From contig JAFQTN010000002.1 in the NCBI GenBank assembly GCA_017409025.1, positions 43,967-107,966 of the forward strand: DNA of 64,000 nucleotides, read 5' to 3'. The translations under genes and the position numbers were made by a program. The stretch is from Bacilli bacterium (GTDB taxonomy: Bacteria > Bacillota_I > Bacilli_A > RF39 > UBA660). Position 1 is the first letter of the stretch; every line of letters starts with the position of its first letter. Of the stretch, positions 10,137 to 20,088 are shown one piece after another. Under the pieces are notes generated by a model. The model searched no databases, was not told where the DNA came from, and saw only the letters and a list, made by a program, of their open reading frames with translations.

Positions 10137-11223
10137 TTACCTCCTAATATTCTTTTCTAACAACTCCCCTATATCACCATCTAATATTTTATCTACACTA
10201 CTACTTTCATATCCGGATTCATTATCTTTAACTAATGTATAAGGACACATTACATAACTTCTCTTAGCGCTTCCAAATCCTATAGTCATCTGATCACCTT
10301 TCAAATCATTAATTTGACTATTTTTCTTCATTACTTCTATACTATATAATTTGCTCTTAAGTATTTCCATCGCAGTTTCTCTATTTCTTATCTGACTTCT
10401 TTCATTCTGACAAGTAACAACAATTCCTGTTGGTAAGTGAGTAATTCTAACCGCAGAATCCGTAGTATTTACACCCTGTCCCCCAGGACCACTACTTCTA
10501 TAAATATCAACTCTAATATCACTTTCATTAATTTCAATATTAATACTATTATCAAACTTCGGAGTAACCTCAACCGAAGCAAAAGAAGTATGTCTTCTCT
10601 TACCTGAATCAAACGGACTAATTCTAACTAATCTATGAACACCACGTTCACCTTTTAAATATCCATAAGCATTATTTCCAGATATATTTATTAAAATAGA
10701 CTTAATTCCTACTTCCTCACCAGGTTGCTTATCCACTTCTTCATATTTATATCCATTCTTACTTAAATATCTAGTATACATTCTATATAACATCATAGCC
10801 CAATCACATGATTCAGTACCACCTGCTCCAGAATGTATTTCTAATATACAATCATTTTTATCAAATTCACCAGATAAATAAGTATCTATCCTTAGTTTAT
10901 CAACTAAAACTTTTATCTCTTCATATTCACTATCTATTAAAGAAAACATCTCACTATCAATTTTTTCTTCCAATATTAATAAATTACTATCTATTTTATT
11001 CTTAACAAACATAACTCTATTAATAATATCATTTAAAGAATTATTTTCTTTTAAAATTAATTCCCTATCACTACTATTCCAAAAAGAAGAAGAATTAATA
11101 ATATTATCTAGTTCATCTTTTCTCTTTAATTTATTATCTAAGTCAAAGAGACCTCCAGATATCATCTATAATAACATTTAATTCTTGATAACTACACTTA
11201 AGTTCACGACTATCCATATACAT
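10137..11223 (-). CDS. prfB: Peptide chain release factor 2, made by a programmed +1 ribosomal frameshift. ORF1 of 26 codons ends CTT TGA C at 11148..11142, and the body of the gene continues in the +1 frame.
   Basis: The body ORF has the SPF tripeptide motif (RISPFDSGKRRHTSFASV) and the GGQ motif (RSSGPGGQGVNTTDSAVRITHLPTGIVV). Upstream ORF1 reads ATG(11223) MYMDSRELKCSYQELNVIIDDIWRSL then TGA. An SD-like GGAGG sits 3 nt before CTT. Confidence 0.9.
11142..11157 (-). promoter_or_regulatory. prfB autoregulatory +1 frameshift site (GGAGG-tct-CTT-TGA-C)
   Basis: The minus strand reads TGGAGGTCTCTTTGAC. The spacing and sequence match the conserved RF2 recoding site. Confidence 0.85.
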
Positions 11224-11283
11224 AATCACCTAGGATAATTATACTATAAATTTAATATAAAAAAAAGATTATTATTAAAATAA

Positions 11284-13005
11284 TCATTTTCTTGTTAAAC
11301 TATTTTCATCAGTTATTCCTAATTTCTTATCAATAAATTTTACTAATACATTAGTATTAACATCAAACAATTTTTCAAAATCTATAAATTTAATCTTAGC
11401 TTGAAAAGTTAATTTACCTTCATATATATCACTAAATATAATTGTCGTATCATTAAAATCCCTACCAATTAGAAATTCATAATTACCATGAGCTATTGAA
11501 TTTCTAATTCCTTCTATAATAGCTTTATTCTTAAAATACATCCTATTATTAGTAAAATCATCCTTAATAGAATTATATAAACTATATTGATTACTATAAT
11601 CTGTTATAAGACTAACTAAACTATTATTTAGACTAGCAATATTACTATTTATATTATTTATAGCAACTTGATTACCGCTAACCTTAGTTAAATTATTCCT
11701 CTGTTCAATAATTTTCTTACTAATCTTAACCTGTTTATTTACTATAGAATCTAACCCATTCTTAGCATCCAATAACGGTGTCTCATCAATATCAATATAA
11801 GTAACATCTAACATAGATAAATCTAACTTAGAAAAATCTAGCCCATCACTCCTATCTAGCTTATAACCTCCATCAATATCATAAATATCATCAAAAGGAT
11901 ATATAAAAAATGAATTAAACATAGATATTAATAAAATACCATATTCATCATAATAAAATCTCATTTCATTACCATCTGTTATATTGTCAGTAACATATTG
12001 GCTAAGCTCCCTAGTATCAGTAGTATTCTTTTTATATAAAGCATCTAACATTATTAAATGTTTAATATTTGAAGCTATTGGATTAAAGTTATTAAGATTA
12101 GGATTTATCTTTCTATGAAATTCTAATCCTATACCTTCTATTTGACTATGCAAATTTCCATTAGAATCACCAAGTATTTCTGGTTTTAATAATTCTAATA
12201 TCTCATTTACATCATTAGGATCTGTCAACCTTTTACTCTCGATTGTCAATTTACAATTATTCTTTTCAAAATATCTACACATTCTCTTATAATAATCACT
12301 ATTTTTATAAGTATTAAAATTATAATTTACATAATGAATTAATTCTTCAACCATCGCTAATAAATCATCAGTTAATATTTTTCCATCTAAAGACTCTAAT
12401 TTAAAACTAATATGTTCAAACCCCTTTATTACTCTTTTAATTTCCCCAGGAGTTTTTAATGGTTCTTTTCTATTAGCAACCATCATATCAGTAAAAGATA
12501 CCATATCTCTTTCATATTTAGTAGTCTTAACATCACCAATAGTCATTCTTAGTGCATTAGCAATAAATGTAGAAAGTTTATATACAGATAATATAATATC
12601 ATTTCCCTGATGATTTATAATTACTCTCCCATGTTCAAAGTCTATTTTAAAATTACCATGCGCCATCTTATTTCTAATAATAGCAACCAAAGTTTCAGCA
12701 TCTGGAAAAATATAATCACCTATCTTATACCCATTACTTACTTTAGTAGCAATATATGAAACACCATCCTCTAAAGCATTAATAAATACTTTAGATTGAT
12801 AATTTCTCTCACCTAAATTTTCTACCAAATCTTCTTTTACCCCCAACATTATATTAGAAATAATTGCTATTTTAGCTCCTATTATATTTTTCTTATCTAA
12901 TATAAATTGCTGTAAAGATTCATTATTATAATATTTACCAAACCAAAACAAATAATATGCTTTAGTAGCAGTCATATAATCTTTTATAGAACTTAATTTA
13001 TCCAT
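11284..13005 (-). CDS. Hypothetical protein with two predicted HEPN-type active-site motifs (RNxxAHGN[F/Y]) placed near the N- and C-termini, a twin-HEPN putative RNase
   Basis: 573 aa. AIIRNKMAHGNFKIDF (R111/H116, nt 12658..12675) and GIRNSIAHGNYEFLIG (R501/H506, nt 11488..11505). Both fit the HEPN Rx4-6H consensus and resemble the RNLCAH motif in the Abi_2 protein at 46892..47827. The region between them is alpha-helical. Confidence 0.5.
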   Translation of the reverse strand: MDKLSSIKDYMTATKAYYLFWFGKYYNNESLQQFILDKKNIIGAKIAIISNIMLGVKEDLVENLGERNYQSKVFINALEDGVSYIATKVSNGYKIGDYIFPDAETLVAIIRNKMAHGNFKIDFEHGRVIINHQGNDIILSVYKLSTFIANALRMTIGDVKTTKYERDMVSFTDMMVANRKEPLKTPGEIKRVIKGFEHISFKLESLDGKILTDDLLAMVEELIHYVNYNFNTYKNSDYYKRMCRYFEKNNCKLTIESKRLTDPNDVNEILELLKPEILGDSNGNLHSQIEGIGLEFHRKINPNLNNFNPIASNIKHLIMLDALYKKNTTDTRELSQYVTDNITDGNEMRFYYDEYGILLISMFNSFFIYPFDDIYDIDGGYKLDRSDGLDFSKLDLSMLDVTYIDIDETPLLDAKNGLDSIVNKQVKISKKIIEQRNNLTKVSGNQVAINNINSNIASLNNSLVSLITDYSNQYSLYNSIKDDFTNNRMYFKNKAIIEGIRNSIAHGNYEFLIGRDFNDTTIIFSDIYEGKLTFQAKIKFIDFEKLFDVNTNVLVKFIDKKLGITDENSLTRK

Positions 13006-13052
13006 ATTAACACCTAACTAAATTATATCAAAAAAGAAGAAGAATTTCACTA

Positions 13053-15257
13053 CTATTCTTCTTCATCACTAGGCTTTTCTAATTTAACTAATACTTCTCT
13101 AGGCTTAGAACCATTAGCTGGACCTATTATTCCTCTTTCTTCAAGTAAATCTATTATTCTAGCTGCTCTATTATAACCAAGTCTAAACTTTCTTTGAACC
13201 AATGAAGCACTAATCTTACCAGCACTAACAGCAAAGTCAACTACTTCATTATATATTGGATCATCATATTCTTCTTCTGAAGAATAACCATCACTACCAC
13301 TAGATACTGACGTACTGCCACTCTTATCAACAGTTAAGCTCTCGTCATATACAGCCTTTTGTTGACCAATTGAATAATCTACTAATTTTTGAATTTCTTC
13401 TTCAGACACATAAGCACCTTGAATTCTCATTGGAATACTCTCACCCATTGGTAAAAATAACATATCACCTTTACCAAGTAACTTTTCAGCTCCACCCATA
13501 TCTAAAATCGTTCTAGAATCAATTTGTGAAGAAACTGCAAAACTAACTCTTGAAGGAATATTTGCTTTAACAACACCAGTAATAATATCAGTAGATGGTC
13601 TTTGAGTAGCAACAATTAAATGTATCCCAGCAGCACGAGCCATCTGAGTAATTCTCATAATAGAATCTTCTACTTCTTTAGCAGCTACTAACATTAAATC
13701 TGCAAGTTCATCTATAATTACCACTATATAAGGTAATTTCTTATATTCAGTATGAGTCTCACAATATTTATTATAAGAAACTATATTCTTATTTTTAGTA
13801 TGTTCTAATAACTCATATCTTCTTTCCATTTCTGCTACTATATTCTTAAGAGCTATTGAAGCTTTCTTAGCATCAGTAACAACCGGACTAAGTAAATGAG
13901 GTATTCCATTATACATTGAAAACTCTACTTTCTTAGGGTCTACTAATACTAACTTAACTTGATCAGGCTTACATCTCATAAGTATTGAAGCAATAATACA
14001 GTTAATACATACTGATTTACCACTACCAGTAGAACCTGCTACTAACATATGAGGTGTCGTATTAATTTCACACCACTTTACTTTACCCATAATATCTTTA
14101 CCAAGTCCAACAGCAAGTATTGTCTTTTCATTAACTTCAGGCATACTACTTAAAACTTCCTTAAACGATACACTAGCATTTACCTTATTAGGTAGTTCTA
14201 TACCAATAGTATTTTTACCAGGTATCGGAGCCTGTATTCTAACATCTTTAGCAGCCATCGCTAAAGCAATCTCCCTTTGAATACCCAATAACTTATTAAC
14301 TTTAGTACCAGCCTTTAAATCAAGTTCATATTGAGTAACTGTAGGTCCAATATTAACCTGAACAATCTTACCAGATATTTCAAATACTCTTAAAACATCT
14401 TCTAACTTAGTAATATTTGCCTTAGCATTCATTTCATTCTCTTTACTATTAACATTTTTAACAGTCTTAAGCATATTAATTGATGGCAATTTATATTCAC
14501 CATTATTAATAACTACTTCTTCTTTCTTGTCAATATCAGTATCTTCTATTTTTCTAATAGGAATATCTACATCTACTTCTTCTTTCTTTTCTACCTTAAC
14601 TTCTTCTTTCTTAGAAGTAAGTTCCTCTATCGAAGATATAACTATTCTCTTATCATCAGTTTCTTCTGAAGAAGTAACTTCATCTTTATCAACTTTCTTT
14701 TCCTTATCAATTTTAGGTAATTTAATTTTAGAAAACACACTAACTAAAGAAGTATTAAATACTAAAACAAGACCCAAAACTATAAGTGTGATAATAACAA
14801 TTATTACTCCATCAGCAAAAGCCCAATTAAATATATACATTAAAATTGAACCTATCATTCCACCACCACAGTGCTGAATCAAATCTGTTGACTTAAATGC
14901 TAACATAACATTCTTAAATGTCTCAATTATTATATCTGTACCACTAAACTTTTTAACATATTCCATATGAATTAAAGTAAGAATAGCCATAACAATCAAA
15001 TATAGTCCGATTGACATTCTTGATATAAATTTAGGATTCTTCCTTTTAACTATTAAATAAAGACCTAATAGTAAAAAAACTACTAGCAAAGGAAAATAAG
15101 CTACACCAACCAAAAAAACAGAAAAACTTCTAATAAAATTTCCAGCTACACCATAACCTAACATTCCAATAATTGAAAGTAAAACAAATAATACTCCAAT
15201 TACTTCATTACTATATTCAAACTTTTCTTTCTCTTTCTTTTGTTTTTTCTTTGCCAT
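13053..15257 (-). CDS. ftsK: DNA translocase FtsK/SpoIIIE
   Basis: 734 aa. N-terminal TM segments, an acidic linker, Walker A GSTGSGKSVCIN, Walker B VVIIDELADLM, and a C-terminal gamma wHTH domain (LVQRKFRLGYNRAARIIDLLEERGIIG). Confidence 0.9.
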   Translation of the reverse strand: MAKKKQKKEKEKFEYSNEVIGVLFVLLSIIGMLGYGVAGNFIRSFSVFLVGVAYFPLLVVFLLLGLYLIVKRKNPKFISRMSIGLYLIVMAILTLIHMEYVKKFSGTDIIIETFKNVMLAFKSTDLIQHCGGGMIGSILMYIFNWAFADGVIIVIITLIVLGLVLVFNTSLVSVFSKIKLPKIDKEKKVDKDEVTSSEETDDKRIVISSIEELTSKKEEVKVEKKEEVDVDIPIRKIEDTDIDKKEEVVINNGEYKLPSINMLKTVKNVNSKENEMNAKANITKLEDVLRVFEISGKIVQVNIGPTVTQYELDLKAGTKVNKLLGIQREIALAMAAKDVRIQAPIPGKNTIGIELPNKVNASVSFKEVLSSMPEVNEKTILAVGLGKDIMGKVKWCEINTTPHMLVAGSTGSGKSVCINCIIASILMRCKPDQVKLVLVDPKKVEFSMYNGIPHLLSPVVTDAKKASIALKNIVAEMERRYELLEHTKNKNIVSYNKYCETHTEYKKLPYIVVIIDELADLMLVAAKEVEDSIMRITQMARAAGIHLIVATQRPSTDIITGVVKANIPSRVSFAVSSQIDSRTILDMGGAEKLLGKGDMLFLPMGESIPMRIQGAYVSEEEIQKLVDYSIGQQKAVYDESLTVDKSGSTSVSSGSDGYSSEEEYDDPIYNEVVDFAVSAGKISASLVQRKFRLGYNRAARIIDLLEERGIIGPANGSKPREVLVKLEKPSDEEE

Positions 15258-15344
15258 ACATATCCACCTTTACAATAAAATTATAGCATTTATAAGAAAA
15301 ATTGTAAATAGTAAAACCAAGTACTAAATAAGAAAAAGATAAGT

Positions 15345-17129
15345 CTATTTGTTTATAAACTTATCTACTTTTTCTAGCAATATTTCTTTTTTAACAGGTT
15401 TCATTATATAATCATCAAACCCTTCATTTTTATATTCATCACTATACTCATATTTACTATCCTTAGTAAGTAATATAACCGGTATATTAAAATTTCTTAT
15501 TTCCCTAAATTTAGAAAGTAGCTCCACCCCAGAAATCCCGGATAACTTTTCATCTAGTAATATAATGTCATATTTATTCTTACTCTTTATTTTATCAATA
15601 GCATCTTTACCAGTATTTACTGAATCAATAATAACATTGCTATCTTTAAGCACCTTTTCCACTATCTTAATACCAGCAGCACTATCATCTATAACTAAAA
15701 TTTTCTTATTTTCATAAATTTCATTATACTTACTCAAAGTTTTAAATTCTACTTTTTCCATCTTTTGATCAAGTATTATTTTAAACTTATTACCAACCAT
15801 ATAATTTGGAAGTATCATCATCGTACCATCCATTAAAATAATTGTCTTATAAGCTACAGAAATTTCTTTATCCTCTAACTTAATTTTCTCTACCATATCA
15901 CTCTTCATACCATTACTAGAGTCCTCAATAGAAATAATTAATCTACAAATATTCCCCTTCATAATAGTATTTATATCTAACTCTACATATCCCTTACTAG
16001 TAACCCCAACACAATATTTCAATATAGAAGTTAGTGATTTTTTCATACCAATAGAATCCCCATATAAATAATCTGGTATATTATGTTCAATATTAGTCCT
16101 AAAAGTAATTCCTTTTTTCTTACAAATATCATTATACATACTAACAACTTCTTTTAAGATAGTCTTAATATTATATTTACTATTATACACCTTTATATTG
16201 GCAGAATCTATCTTAGAAACATCTAATATATCATTAGTCATACTAACAAATTTAGCAGTTTCCCCTTTAATATTTCTAGCACTATTTCTATTTTCTTCTA
16301 AAGAATCACTCTCTAAAATTACATCTGTCTCAAAATTTATCTTATTAGTAGTATCTTTAATTTCCTGAGTCATATTATATAAAAATAACATTTTCTCTTC
16401 ATTAACATTATCACTTATCTCTTTAGCCTTATGCATCTCTTCTAATACATTTGTATCAGGATTCTCTATCGTAAAATACATTAAGTAACATAAAATTACA
16501 AGTACAAAATCATATAAAATTATCCCTGCAAAAAACAAAGTAACCACATAACTTATAATCATTGCAATAAAAATTAAAATAATTGGTAAATACCTTCTAT
16601 CAATCTTTTTAGAATTAATAATTGTTATTATCATCGAAGCTGTTAAATAAAGTGCAATCATCGAATAGCCTATCATTATAGTACCACCAGTAACATTCGA
16701 AGCTGTCTTAGCATTAGTAATACTTATCGTAGTAAACATTAAACTAACTAATGATATTATATTCAAAATCGATATCGAATATCTTAATTTCTTATTCTTT
16801 AAAGCATTTTTTCCATAAGTAATAACCATTACATATAAGAATAAACATTCAAATATCATAACAAAAAATATTACTATAAATTTATTAACAACATTAAAAA
16901 AATCATATAAAGGATATGCATTTATTAATTCAAAAGGATTAAATGAACATATCAAATGAACAATAAAATCTAAAAATATTTCCCCAAGAGATGCTAATAA
17001 TATTATTTTAAATAATTTATTTTGAGTTAAATTAACATTAGGCTTTGAATAATATATAAATAAAAGCATTAAAATTAATAATAAACACACCAAAGGTATC
17101 TCGAATTCCATTGTATATAACATAAACAA
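15345..17129 (-). CDS. Hybrid sensor histidine kinase fused to a response-regulator receiver domain
   Basis: 594 aa. About six N-terminal TM helices, a HisKA/HATPase core, and a C-terminal receiver (KILVIDDSAAGIKIVEKVL...IILLDEKLSGISGVELL...KP). Confidence 0.75.
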   Translation of the reverse strand: MFMLYTMEFEIPLVCLLLILMLLFIYYSKPNVNLTQNKLFKIILLASLGEIFLDFIVHLICSFNPFELINAYPLYDFFNVVNKFIVIFFVMIFECLFLYVMVITYGKNALKNKKLRYSISILNIISLVSLMFTTISITNAKTASNVTGGTIMIGYSMIALYLTASMIITIINSKKIDRRYLPIILIFIAMIISYVVTLFFAGIILYDFVLVILCYLMYFTIENPDTNVLEEMHKAKEISDNVNEEKMLFLYNMTQEIKDTTNKINFETDVILESDSLEENRNSARNIKGETAKFVSMTNDILDVSKIDSANIKVYNSKYNIKTILKEVVSMYNDICKKKGITFRTNIEHNIPDYLYGDSIGMKKSLTSILKYCVGVTSKGYVELDINTIMKGNICRLIISIEDSSNGMKSDMVEKIKLEDKEISVAYKTIILMDGTMMILPNYMVGNKFKIILDQKMEKVEFKTLSKYNEIYENKKILVIDDSAAGIKIVEKVLKDSNVIIDSVNTGKDAIDKIKSKNKYDIILLDEKLSGISGVELLSKFREIRNFNIPVILLTKDSKYEYSDEYKNEGFDDYIMKPVKKEILLEKVDKFINK

Positions 17130-17184
17130 GCCTCCTACTATAAAAAAATTATACTATATAAGTTTAAAAAAAGAAAGTAAATTA

Positions 17185-19476
17185 TTACTTTCCTTTAACT
17201 CTTTTTCTTACTTTAGTATGCTTGTTTTTTAATCTTTCATAATTTTCATCAATATATTTAACTATATTATATCTTTCATCTCTTTGATATCTGCGAAGCA
17301 TTGGTTCTGATAATTGACTAGCTAGTTCAACTAACTTATCACGAGATAATTCATCTACAAAAGAATAAACATCTGATTCATCTACTTCTTTTTTAGCTCT
17401 TACCCCAATTTCTTCTTTTGCAAATGGTTTAGACCAATATTGTCCCCAATATTCGTCTGCTACACTCTCCATATATGCTATATGTTGTTCATATGGTAAA
17501 TTATGTGTCTTACCATATCCTTCTATTTCTATAGTTTCTATCGGTTTAGAATGTTTAGACATTTGTTTAAAATGCATCGAAGCTAAAGTATCCCTAATTA
17601 ATTCATTAGACTTCTTCTCATCATACTTACTAATATCAATTGCATTCCCATATCTAACATATATTTTTTTATCTTCTTTTACAAGATACAAACTAACAGG
17701 AACAATTTCTACACCTTTTTCTTTAGCAGTTCTATAAGGACCAGAAAAAGATAATGGTTGTAACTCATTTTCACTATTTTCCCAACTACCAGAAACATAA
17801 TTTATAAAATTAGTTCCATAATCTATTATTCTATTTTGTTTACTAACACAATCTCTTCTACTAATATCATCCATTCTATCAACATGGAAAAAACCTAACA
17901 TTAAAGCTGCCAATAATAAAGGATTATTTTCAATCTGATCAGTAGTCCCCATAAGCATATATGCTTGTCTATCCAAAGAAGCAAACATCCCAATAGCATC
18001 TTCAGTAAAATAATGTGTTGGAACAAATATATACTGTTTCGTAGAATCTAACTCTGCCCTATCTTCGATAACAAGTTTATTCTTCATCGCATTACGAACT
18101 ATAAATCTCATAAAAGGATTTATCTTTTTTCTAAAATTAACACCCTTTAAAGAAGTAAAATTCTCAACATCAGCCCACAGTTTTTTTCTTATAAGCCACG
18201 AATTTCTTGGAATAGGTTTTCCTATCATTTTTGCCTTTTCACGTATATGTAAATCAGCATCCTTATTAATTTCATCTATCATTTCATTAGCCATTTTTTT
18301 TGAATAAACTCTTCTAATATCATCATTTAATTTTCTAATATTTGCTTTAAATATTCTAATATATTCTTCGTATATTCTCATTTCAAAAACATTTTGTTGT
18401 TCTTTAGTCATTTTATAATACTGAGATCTAGCTTTATCTCTATCTTCATAACTAGAATAAAATTTAATATCAAAAATATCTAAATCCTCAGGTTTATATA
18501 AACTATAAATTCTTTCTAACTCTAAATCATGTTTTCTTAAATATTTATTATTAATAGCCATTTTGTCTATAAGTTTAGATGTTTTCTTATCTAAAACAGA
18601 AACAATTTCACTATACATCCCGTCTGAATATATTTTCTTAAAATTATCCTTTAAACAAACTATCTCTTCCTTAAATTCGGATATCCATTTATCATAACTA
18701 TCAATTTCTAAATTACTATATTTTACTACTAAATCATCTATTAATTTAATACTTTGAGAATAATATATTTTTTTACCATATTTATCTAATAATTTATCAA
18801 ATTTACTATATAAACTCTCAATATATTTCTCAGCTGATGAAACCGAATAATTACCTCTATATCTATCACATAATTCTTCTACTTTTACTTTAAATGATTT
18901 TACATATTCAGCATATTCATCCATATCCATGCTAGAATCAGGATTAAATTCATTGAAAAATCCTACTGTAGAAGCAGAATATCCATCAAAAGATATCCTC
19001 TTTGCAATTTTCATTTTATTAGAAACACTATCTATTGTTTTAGAAACCAATTCATCTACTTTTTTCAAACGTTTTCCATCAGTAGGTTCACTTATTAAAA
19101 TAATATCTTTAATTTTTCTAACATTCTCTCTTAATCTTTTTATCTTGTTTACCCGAACATCATTATTAACATAAGCATTTAATATTTGATAATGTCTATT
19201 CAACAAAATTTCTATTTCTATATCATTTCTCTTTTTAACTACTTTTCTAAAATATTTATCAATTTCTTTATCTTTTTTATGATTAAATGTTTCTTTTAAT
19301 TTTTCTAAAGCCATTGAAAAATTTTTAAAATATTCTAAAAATTTATCCTCAAAAAAAACACTATCTATGTCTTTTTTTAAATATACATAAGGATCATACA
19401 TATTAATATCTTCAATTTTAGATAATACTATTTCCATATAATCGTCTCCCTTTTTGACCAAATATATTACTCCCAT
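17185..19476 (-). CDS. Large hypothetical protein with a C-terminal PlsC/LPLAT-like acyltransferase domain
   Basis: 763 aa. The N-terminal ~470 aa is charged and helical with no recognised domain. The C-terminal part has an HxxxxD motif (VPTHYFTED, around nt 18000..18015) and an FPEGTR-like block FSGPYRT (domain approx nt 17646..18039). Confidence 0.4.
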   Translation of the reverse strand: MGVIYLVKKGDDYMEIVLSKIEDINMYDPYVYLKKDIDSVFFEDKFLEYFKNFSMALEKLKETFNHKKDKEIDKYFRKVVKKRNDIEIEILLNRHYQILNAYVNNDVRVNKIKRLRENVRKIKDIILISEPTDGKRLKKVDELVSKTIDSVSNKMKIAKRISFDGYSASTVGFFNEFNPDSSMDMDEYAEYVKSFKVKVEELCDRYRGNYSVSSAEKYIESLYSKFDKLLDKYGKKIYYSQSIKLIDDLVVKYSNLEIDSYDKWISEFKEEIVCLKDNFKKIYSDGMYSEIVSVLDKKTSKLIDKMAINNKYLRKHDLELERIYSLYKPEDLDIFDIKFYSSYEDRDKARSQYYKMTKEQQNVFEMRIYEEYIRIFKANIRKLNDDIRRVYSKKMANEMIDEINKDADLHIREKAKMIGKPIPRNSWLIRKKLWADVENFTSLKGVNFRKKINPFMRFIVRNAMKNKLVIEDRAELDSTKQYIFVPTHYFTEDAIGMFASLDRQAYMLMGTTDQIENNPLLLAALMLGFFHVDRMDDISRRDCVSKQNRIIDYGTNFINYVSGSWENSENELQPLSFSGPYRTAKEKGVEIVPVSLYLVKEDKKIYVRYGNAIDISKYDEKKSNELIRDTLASMHFKQMSKHSKPIETIEIEGYGKTHNLPYEQHIAYMESVADEYWGQYWSKPFAKEEIGVRAKKEVDESDVYSFVDELSRDKLVELASQLSEPMLRRYQRDERYNIVKYIDENYERLKNKHTKVRKRVKGK

Positions 19477-19938
19477 AAATCTTTTTTGTCAACCTAATTA
19501 TCATATTAGTCCTTATCAACATTCATCTCATTTATCATTATCTTTTTTGCTAATACTAAGTCATTTGTCATATTCTTATTATTTATAAATAAACAAAAAT
19601 AATACAAACACCATATTCTTCTTTAACATCATATATTTTTAAATTAACTAATTCTAAATATTTATAGATATTTTTAAGACCTTTATTTTCTAATTTTTTT
19701 AATTTTTCCGCATAATAACCATATAAATCATTTGTAACATTATTTTTTTACATATCATAATCAAAATTGGTAATTGACAGATGAATATTTTCGATTTTGT
19801 GATATATCTTTTTTCTTAATTTCCCATATTGAATTTCAAGTGTTTTTAATTTATCTAAAGAAATTTCTTCATATCTATCAGACATATTTTCTTTTTTTAC
19901 TTTAGGTTCAGACTTTAATAATTCTATAATTATAATTA

Positions 19939-20082
19939 TCAAAAAAGAGCCACTCCAAAAAACGTTATACTAACTCCAAACATACGATAACTCAACAAAT
20001 CAGAATCATCTATCAATTTAGAACTAACAAACATAATCAAGCAAAAAATTATATACAAAAATAATACTAAATATTTTTTCAT
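19939..20082 (-). CDS. Small (47 aa) hydrophobic, lipoprotein-like peptide immediately downstream of asnB
   Basis: MKKYLVLFLYIIFCLIMFVSSKLIDDSDLLSYRMFGVSITFFGVALF. It is below the 60-aa ORF-track cutoff and was found by hand translation, so coding is uncertain. Confidence 0.25.
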   Translation of the reverse strand: MKKYLVLFLYIIFCLIMFVSSKLIDDSDLLSYRMFGVSITFFGVALF

Positions 20083-20088
20083 ATTTAA

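Noticed and set aside
11166-13052. Looked for a CRISPR array or cas genes next to the twin-HEPN protein
   Set aside because: The flanks are prfB and ftsK, with only 118-nt and 47-nt intergenic gaps and no direct repeats. No repeat-spacer structure was seen anywhere in the window.
19477-19747. 270-nt AT-rich gap upstream of the 763-aa gene, inspected for a riboswitch, small RNA or small ORF (including the 64-aa ORF at 19748..19942)
   Set aside because: No conserved riboswitch-like helices were recognisable by eye. The small ORFs have no RBS and low-complexity products. The gap most likely holds promoter DNA only.
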